From positions 434,001-498,000 of the forward strand of contig JANHCV010000009.1 of assembly GCA_025594325.1 (NCBI GenBank): a stretch of 64,000 nucleotides of DNA, read 5' to 3'. Both the position numbers and the translations under genes were made by a program. The stretch comes from Blastocladiella emersonii ATCC 22665 (Eukaryota; Fungi; Blastocladiomycota). Of this stretch, positions 56,694-64,000 are shown piece after piece; the first letter of the stretch is position 1, and the number at the start of each line of letters is the position of its first letter. The notes under the pieces are model-generated. The model did not search any database, was not told the DNA's origin, and was given only the letters and a program-made list of their open reading frames with translations.

Positions 56694-59022
56694 TCAAGCC
56701 GAGTGGACGGCGGCGAACAGCGCGTCCTTGTACTCGGCCGAGGCCATGGTGCGCGGTGCCACGCGCATGAGCTGCTTGGACGTCAGCTTGGTGTCCTCCG
56801 GGTCGCGGACCAACGCGATTGCGGCCCGTGCAACCATCGGCGCGCCCACAATCCCGTCAAGCGCGCCGTCCGGGATCTCGCGCAGCAGCGAATCCGTCAA
56901 CGGCGTCGTGCCGCCGACCTCGAGCCAATAAAACACGCCTGCGAGGACGGCGCGAAGTAGCAAACGGATCATCTCGCGGAACGGATATTTGACTGGCTGG
57001 CACAGCACGAGTCGGGGACACTTTGCGTCGGGCAACTTCAAAAAGGCCGAGTTCTGCGCCAACAAAATGATTTCCACGAGCTGAGGAACGACAGCCTGCG
57101 ACAACTGGCGCGCAGTGAACCCGGGGTCGACGCGAGTCAGCCACACCATCCCCTCGAACCAAGCGCGTTGGATTGAGAGCGGGCAGCTGCCACATGTCTT
57201 GCGGCATGAAGTCAGCGCAAGCACATGCTTGCCAACGGCGTCCCCAAGCTGAGCGCAGATCATGATGTCAAGGAAAAACACGGCAGTCCCATGGTCACGA
57301 ACAAGCAGTTCAGCAGTCTCGCGCAAACCTTGATCGTGAACGACAGCAACAGGGATCCATGCGATCGGCGTGCACACAGAGGGATCAAACTGCTGCACAA
57401 AAGCGTTGGAAAGAATAAAGAGATCGCCCAGGTCACAATGCAAGTCGCTGGAGAAAATGGCGCGAAAAGCAGTGCGAAGTTCCTTGACGCCAAGCGAGCT
57501 CGCAGCGACAGCAGTCGCAACCGAGCTTGCGAAGCCCTGTAGGCCCTCGCTGTCCATGTGCACCCGGGCAAAGGCGAGAAGCCGTTGCGCGTCATGTTTG
57601 CCATACAAGAATGTAACAAACGCTACATTCGCGGTGCTCTCCGGGTGAGTTACGGGTATCTGGATCGCGCGCTAGGCTAGGAGTAGAGAACGTACCCGAG
57701 GTCAGCATTCTCTGGAAAGCGTCACCAGCGTAATTGACTAGGGCCACTGCGACTGAACCAGAAGAACCGCTGCCTGCATCACTCTGGGTCCATACCACAA
57801 GCTGATTCCAAATGCGCTCGTTGAGTAGCTTGCACTCGATGAGCGTGATGGCGAGCTCCTCGGACAAAATGCGAGCACGCGAGCGATGGTCGGCGAAAAG
57901 ACTGGCGATGCTGCTCATGAAAGCCTTGAGATTGCACTCTGGTCTGAGCTCCGCGAGCCGCCGAATGATCGCTGGGAAACTGAGAAGTCGGCTAACGACA
58001 TCTTTGTGGTCCAAGTCGCGGACCAGGCCTGGGCAGCACTTGAACGACCAATCAAGGAAGTCAACGACTTGCTCGACCGGCATGGCATTCCAAAAGTTCG
58101 TGCAGCACAGGAAAAAGACAGGCGGAGAAACATGGCTAGCGAACACGGCAAGAAGCGATCGGTCGTTGAAGTTGAGGCGCGGATGACGCAGGGCCTGCAG
58201 CGTTGGCAGGCTCGACGTGTAAATCGCGACGAGTCCGATAAAATCGAGCAGAGTCATCGTTACAAGCACTGGATCAGCCTCTTCGACTTCGTCCTCGTTA
58301 TCAAATGGACTGACGTAAGCCTTGACGGTCCACTCAAGATTGGTATGGTCGAACAAACTCGAGACGCGCTCGGAAAGTGAGCTCCAAGGAAAGACAGGAA
58401 TCTCGAGAAGGAAGAGTTCCGGGACCCGCTCCTTGGCGGTCAAGAGCAACGAGAGCAGGAGCTGTGGCTCGAGGCAGTACAACCCAGCAACGAGAACTTG
58501 GAGCGCTGCAGCAATCGGATACTCTGTGGTGGCAAGGAGAGGCATCCCTACGTAAGCATCAACCAACTCGCTGATTTCGGCGGCGACGTCTGGGAGCTGT
58601 GTGCACTCTGGGTCGGTCTTGCGCAGCTTGGCGGCAGCGAGCCCCAGTGTGTAGTCCAAGACGACGGGGAAGAGCGACGCGGCGCAGCGCGCGTCCGCGT
58701 TTGGATGATCCAAGGAGATCCGGTCGTATTGGAAAGACTTGTCACGATTCACCTCGAGCAGGCACGTCACGTCCATTCCGACAACGAGTTCGTTCAACTG
58801 GACCGATTCCTCGTTCTCGCGATGGACCCGGTTCACGAGAAGAGCGTGGACCCAAGTGCGCTTGACCTCGGTGGTGCGCGCAACATCGTATAAATGCTGG
58901 GACGCTGTCGCATTGATGCGCTGCGGGACGGAAAGCCGCAGTACATTGGAGAGGATTTCAACGGGCAGATTTCCGATCCCCTGGCCAGGATCAGTCGATT
59001 GCATAAGGTTCAAGTTTGTCAT
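56694..59022 (-). CDS. F-box-like family member, apparently intact (751 aa, phase-1 intron 57623-57695)
   Basis: GIGNLPVEILSNVLRL. The gtacgt..atgtag intron joins the ORFs in frame. ICAQLGDAVGKH..KTCGSC and LLREIPDGALDGIV motifs. Confidence 0.87.
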
Positions 59023-59242
59023 TTCATGGGATTACGTAGTACATTAACGTGCGGAGTGGAGCGAGTAACGAGTGAACAAAGTTTCGCGATCACGGCCAAA
59101 GCTGAGCGTCTCCCACCCTTCACTCCAGCATGAGCGACGCGTCTCCGCGATCGGTCCGCGACAACGCAAGGGTTACAGCGAGAAAGTTTGAAGGTACACG
59201 AAGAAATCAAATTATGTGATAATGCAAAGGAGACTCAAAAGT

Positions 59243-61791
59243 TCAAACTCGGTGGGACACTGCCGTGAAAGCCATGGCATACTCGGGTGAGGAAACCGTG
59301 CGCGGCGCCGTCCGCACCACCTGCGCGATCGTCAGTCGCGCGTCGGACGGATTGAGCATGGCCTTGAGCACAGCCTGAGCGAGCCGCTGCACATCGACAT
59401 TGCCATCAAGCGCGCCGTCCGGGAGCTCGCACAGCAGCGCGTCGGTGTAAAGGAGGGAGTTGCCGACGTCAAGCCACTGGAGCGCGCTTGCGAGGTCAGC
59501 GCGGAGTAGCAGGCGGACCAGCTCGCGGGTCGGATCCGCGACACGCCTGCAAAGGCCGAAGCAGGACCGCTTCGAGTTGCTGGCGGTCGCATGTGGGTCG
59601 CGACCGCGCTCATCAGTAAGCAAGACATGGTGCATCGAGTTTACGAGCTCCGCCAGCCGAGGAGCTGCGGACTGAGAGAGCCCACGGATTGCGGTGCGTG
59701 AATCAATCTCGATTAGCCACGCCGTCGCATCGTACCACGATTGTTGCTCGCACAGGCCGCACTTGCCGCAGGTTTTAATGAACTGCGTGCGCGAAATTGA
59801 GTGCTTGCCGACCGCGTCATTGAGTTGGGCGCAGATCATGACGTCGAGGAATAGCGGAGCGGTTCCCTGCTCTCGGATAAGCTGGGCAGCGGTGTCACGC
59901 TGCTCGTTGCAGTGGACGATAGCGACGGGAACCCACGCAAAAGCGGTGCAAACCGACGGATCGTAGCGCCGCACAAACGCCTCGGCGAGCAAGAAGACGA
60001 GGATGGGAGTGACGCACGCGTCGCTGGAGAAGATCGCTGAAAGCAGGGCCTTCATGGCGCCAGAAGTTTGCACGCGTTCACCCACCTCGGAAGCAATCAA
60101 GTCGACCAGAGTGCAAAGCTTGGTGCTGTCGAGGTGAGCGCGAGCGAACACGAGAAGCTGCTGCGCCGAGTGTTTAACCCGCATGTGTTTGATAAACGCT
60201 AGCCAAGGGAAGCGTAGCCGCGTTAACAAAACGCGCATCGCAAGTTTTCTCGCAACGAATGTACGAACCTGTAATAAGCCAGCGAGAAAGCTCTTCGCCT
60301 GGAAGCGCAGCGAGAGCGGAAGCGGCTTGGCCAGCGGGGCCGCCATTCTTGTCCTCAATGGCCCACAGCACAAGCTGAACCCAAGCGATTCTGTCAAGCA
60401 GCTGGCATTCGGCAAGCGTGACAACCGACTCGTTGGTGAGGGGGATCTTGTAGCGCGACAGGAGGAGAGAAACTTTGTCCTTGCTTGCTTTCGTGATGCC
60501 CGCGAGAATCCGGTCCCGATCGAGCTCAACAAGCCCACGCACAACCGCTGGCGAGCGTACAAAGTAAGCAACGAGGTTTTTGCCGCTAAAAATCAAGTCG
60601 CTGCGAGGCCAGCACTCGTGAATGAGCCAGTTGAGCGTTGCCACGGCGTGTGCGGCGGGAACCCCCTTTCGCCAATACCACGAGTGGTCGAGGTAAGTGG
60701 CAGGGCGCACACGCAAGTTGAAGAATTCGACAAAGCTCTTTTCGTTGAATCCTACGCGCATCGCGCACAGCCTGGAAAGTCGGGAAACTCCACGTCAAGA
60801 GGGCGATAAATGCAAGGAACTCGGGCAGCGTCATCGAAACGGCGGTCGGCGGGCCGTTGTCGTTCGGGAGCTCGTTGAGCGGGATCAGCACATCGACGCA
60901 GCGAAGGAGGATGGCCCACATGGAGAGCGAGCGCCAGAGGGAGATATCCATCTTGATACGGAAAAGTTCGGGGGCGTGTTCGCGTGCACGGACAAGCAGC
61001 GGCAGGAACAGCTGCGGGTCAAGGCGACACGCTGCGACGATGAGAATTTGGAAGACTGAGGCCACGGGAAACTCGGTGCTGGAGCGCACTTCCTCGATAC
61101 CCCGCTCGCGGAACAGATCGCGAACTTTGGCGGCGGTGACAAATGAAGCCGCCTCACCATTACGGAGCGCCTCGGCCGCGGGTGCAAGGAAGTGATCCAA
61201 GAGCGCAGGAACGAGCGCAGCGTATGCGCGGCCGTCCGGGGTCGGGTGGTCAGCCGAAAAACGGACATATTTGTACTCGCAGTAGCGGTGACGCTCCAAG
61301 GTATAGGTCACGTCCGTAACGCCAAGGCTTTCGCTATAGAAGCGGACCAAGTCTTCAAAGCCAGTTACCCTGCGGGCGAGGATTGAGTTGACCCTGTAGC
61401 GTGGCGAGGAGGGGGACACGAGGAGACCACGATACAGCTAGTCAGGGATGTGTATTCCTGCCTCCGGCCCCGAACCCAAGGCGGGGTGAGGGGAGAGTGG
61501 ATGCGAATGCAGGGAGCGCCGCCGCGGGCAGCAGGCGGCGCAGGAACAGGTGCGCGGTCGGTCACATGCGACCAGGTGGCTGGTTGCCACACGCGTCGGT
61601 TAACAGACCCATGAGCGCTTCGTAGGAGCAGAATGGACAATTTCGTAGATCTGGCGGGACGCCGTCGCGATTGGGAGCTGCGGCGTGACGAGCTGAAGCA
61701 CAAAATTCGCCAGCTCGACAGGCAATGAGCCCAGTAAAGTCTGCTGGTCGTGTTGCATCAAGTTGCAACTAGCCATTTCATTCGTTTGCAT
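59243..61791 (-). pseudogene. F-box-like family member disrupted by a solo LTR and a frameshift
   Basis: MQTNEMASCNLMQHDQQTLLGSLPVELA. Insertion at 61395-61605. Frameshift at about 60755 (DAR/RIQR vs LGFNEK). Conserved intron at about 60.20-60.27 kb. Exon 2 is open to 59243. Confidence 0.87.
61395..61605. mobile_element. 211-bp solo LTR
   Basis: TG..CA termini (tgtagc..gttaaca) flanked by the 5-bp TSD GACCC at 61390-61394 and 61606-61610. Excision restores KRSWVNSILARRV, matching KRTWVHALLVNRV in the paralog. Confidence 0.9.
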
Positions 61792-62099
61792 AGAGTACTT
61801 GCCGTCGACGGAGCGTGCGTTGTGAGGTCATGGAGCGGCGATGACGAGGCTTGGTCACACCAATCACGCGGTATGATCATAGCGGGCTTTTCTCCCACCG
61901 TCGTCAAGAGCCCGGGCGCACGCTCTACCCGCCGTAACGCGGGCTGGATACGCTGGATATCACTTCACCCATGAGCGTGGATTGAAACAGTCCATTGAAG
62001 TCGCCATCGATCGACTGGATCACATTGAACACGGTGATGGGGCTCAGGGAACACTATGAAATTCAAATAAATGGGACAATTACAGGAATATGAACCTTC

Positions 62100-64000
62100 T
62101 CAAAGCCGGTGAGCGAACGAAACAAACGCCAGCGAGTACTCGGGCGACGCGGTGGTGCGCGGGGCCACGCGCAGCGCTCCTGCAACAGTCAGCTGCGAGT
62201 TGGTCGGATCACGCACCGCCTTGAATACGGCCTGCGCAAGACGACGCGCGCTAATAACCCCGTCAAGCCCACCATCGGGGACCTCGTACAGGATCAAGTC
62301 GGTGATGGGCGCTGCGCCGCCAAGGTCAATCCATTTGGCGAAGCTCTTGAGGTCAGCGCGGACCAGTAGACTAACGAGCTCGCGAAGAGGGTCAGCGACA
62401 CGCGGGCACAGAGCGACGCACGAGCTCCTTGAAACGGCCGTCGTGGAAGCGGGGCGAGAAGATTGGTTCGTGCGCGAAGTAACCTCGCCCGTGGAATCCG
62501 GCATGGCGGGAGCTGGGCTTAGAAGCTCGGTCAGGCGAGGAACTGCAGCGTGTGACAGCTGGCGAACAGCCGCAATCGGGTCCACGTCAATAAGCCACGC
62601 GATTGCGTCGTGCCAAGCGCGTTGGAGGTGAAGGTCGCACTCGCCGCAGGTCTTGGTGAGCGGCGAACGCGAAAGGACGTGTTTACCAACTGTTTCATGA
62701 ACCTGGGCGCAGACCATCACGTCCAGGAAGAGTGAAACAACTCCCTGCTCGCGAATGAGCACTTCAGCGGACTCGCGCTGCTGGTTGTCAAGGAAGACGG
62801 CCACCGGAACCCAGGCGAGCGCTGAGCATAGCACGGGATCGTACCGCTGCACAAACGCGGCGGCAAGTAGAAAGGCGGCATGGGGATCGACAAGAAAATC
62901 GCTGTCAAAGAGCTTTGACACGAAAGCGCGCAGCTGATCAGGGGTCGGGCGGAGCTTACTGAGAGAGGACGCGGCCGAGTTGGCAAAGGTCGGAAAGGTG
63001 TCGCCCAGCTGCCCGTGTGCGTAAGCAATGAGGCGAATCAGATCGCCTTGGCTCGCGACAAACCTTTTCGACTGCAGATGATGGATGAATGCTAGACGCA
63101 GCGGGAACGGTAGGTTAGTAATGAGCGTGATGACGTGCCTCAAAGGATGACAAACCTGCAGTAAGCCTCGCCACTAACCCATTGCCAGAGTGCGATGCAA
63201 GCGCCAAAGCAGCTGGACCCGTCGGCCCACTGCCCTTGGTCCCAAGGGCCCAGGTGATCAGGCGGACCCACGCCTCGTCATTAAGCAGCTGATACTTGGC
63301 AAATGTAACCGCGAGGTCGTCCGAAAGCGGGACCCTGTTGTAGTTGTAGCCGTATCCGGCGTCGGGATCGTGAAGCGAATTAAAGACATGCTTTTTGGTC
63401 TCGCTTGTAATTGGGGCAAGAAGCTTGTCCGGGCCGAGCTCTGCAACTCGCTGAAGCACTGCGGGACGTGAGACAAAGAAGAAAATGGGATTCCGATCGT
63501 TGAAAACGAAGTCGGTCCTGGCCCAGCTCTTGTGTACAAGCCATTCAATCATTTGAACGACGCTGTCTTCCGGCAACTCCGTTCGGTAGTAATACAGTTC
63601 AAGATACGAAGCTGCCGAGAAGTGGATCCAAAAGTGGTCGCCGAGTCGTTCCTCGTCAAAACCGAGGTTCGAGTCACGGAGCGCGCAAAGCGTCGCCGCG
63701 CTCCACGTTAGGATCGCAAGGAGGCCAGCAAAATCGATGAGCTTGATCTTGGGTTCGGCACTGTTCGTGCTGCGCCGGGCGGCGCGTTTCGGAGGCGCTG
63801 GTACGTCACAAAAAATCCTGAATGCCTTCTCGGAGAGGCAAGACCAAAGCAAGGGTGTCATTTCAAGATGAAACAGTTTGGGAGCCCGTTCCTTGGCGCG
63901 TAAAAGCAGGGGAATCAGATGCTGAGGTGCGAGGCAGTATGCGCCCACAACAAGTACCTGGAGCACGGCAGTAATAGGAAACTCCGAGCCGGATGAGCAG
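62100..64000 (-). CDS. F-box-like family member; 5' end lies beyond the right window edge
   Basis: FPITAVLQVLVVGAYCL..LTWSAATL... Intron gtttgt..ctaac..ctag at about 63.10-63.16 kb. Exon 2 carries VCAQVHETVGKH..KTCGEC and YEVPDGGLDGVI. Confidence 0.85.

Noticed and set aside
1-64000. rRNA, tRNA or prokaryotic operon features
   Set aside because: None were recognised by eye. A tRNAscan/Infernal run would be needed to exclude small RNAs.

Overview
Eukaryotic, GC-rich, intron-containing DNA, most likely from a flagellated early-diverging fungus (Blastocladiomycota-like). This is an inference from epsilon-tubulin, fungal-type FAS, short GT-AG introns with CTRAC branch sites, and F-box/'VLDWW'/LRR-type genes. 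The window has two compartments. (1) About 4.8-23.8 kb is a compact block of intact genes with strong GC3 bias: ABCC/MRP transporter, GPI-anchored fasciclin, TUBE1, an orphan membrane protein, a 7TM receptor-like protein, an ankyrin protein, a Pro/Ser-rich protein and two tandem GNATs. (2) The flanking accessory compartment contains: an unnamed family of ~750-775 aa proteins with an N-terminal F-box-like motif and a C-x9-H-x10-C-x2-C motif (6 gene-length copies, some pseudogenised, plus 5' relics); two divergent DUF4470-like paralogs; an F-box/LRR pseudogene; a truncated class-C-GPCR-like gene; TSPO; a decayed Ty1/copia element; a 211-bp solo LTR with a 5-bp TSD; and a nested structure in which a Plavaka/CACTA-like transposase remnant is fused to a captured internal slice of a single-chain fatty-acid-synthase gene, itself split by a 5,324-bp hAT-like element (10-bp TIRs, 8-bp TSD). 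The most unusual signal is a shared ~130-bp upstream module (GGTYAC-N6-GTRACC palindrome plus an ATGAAGTAACTT..TGCAA leader) in front of several unrelated accessory genes and relics. No rRNA, tRNA or CRISPR array was recognised.
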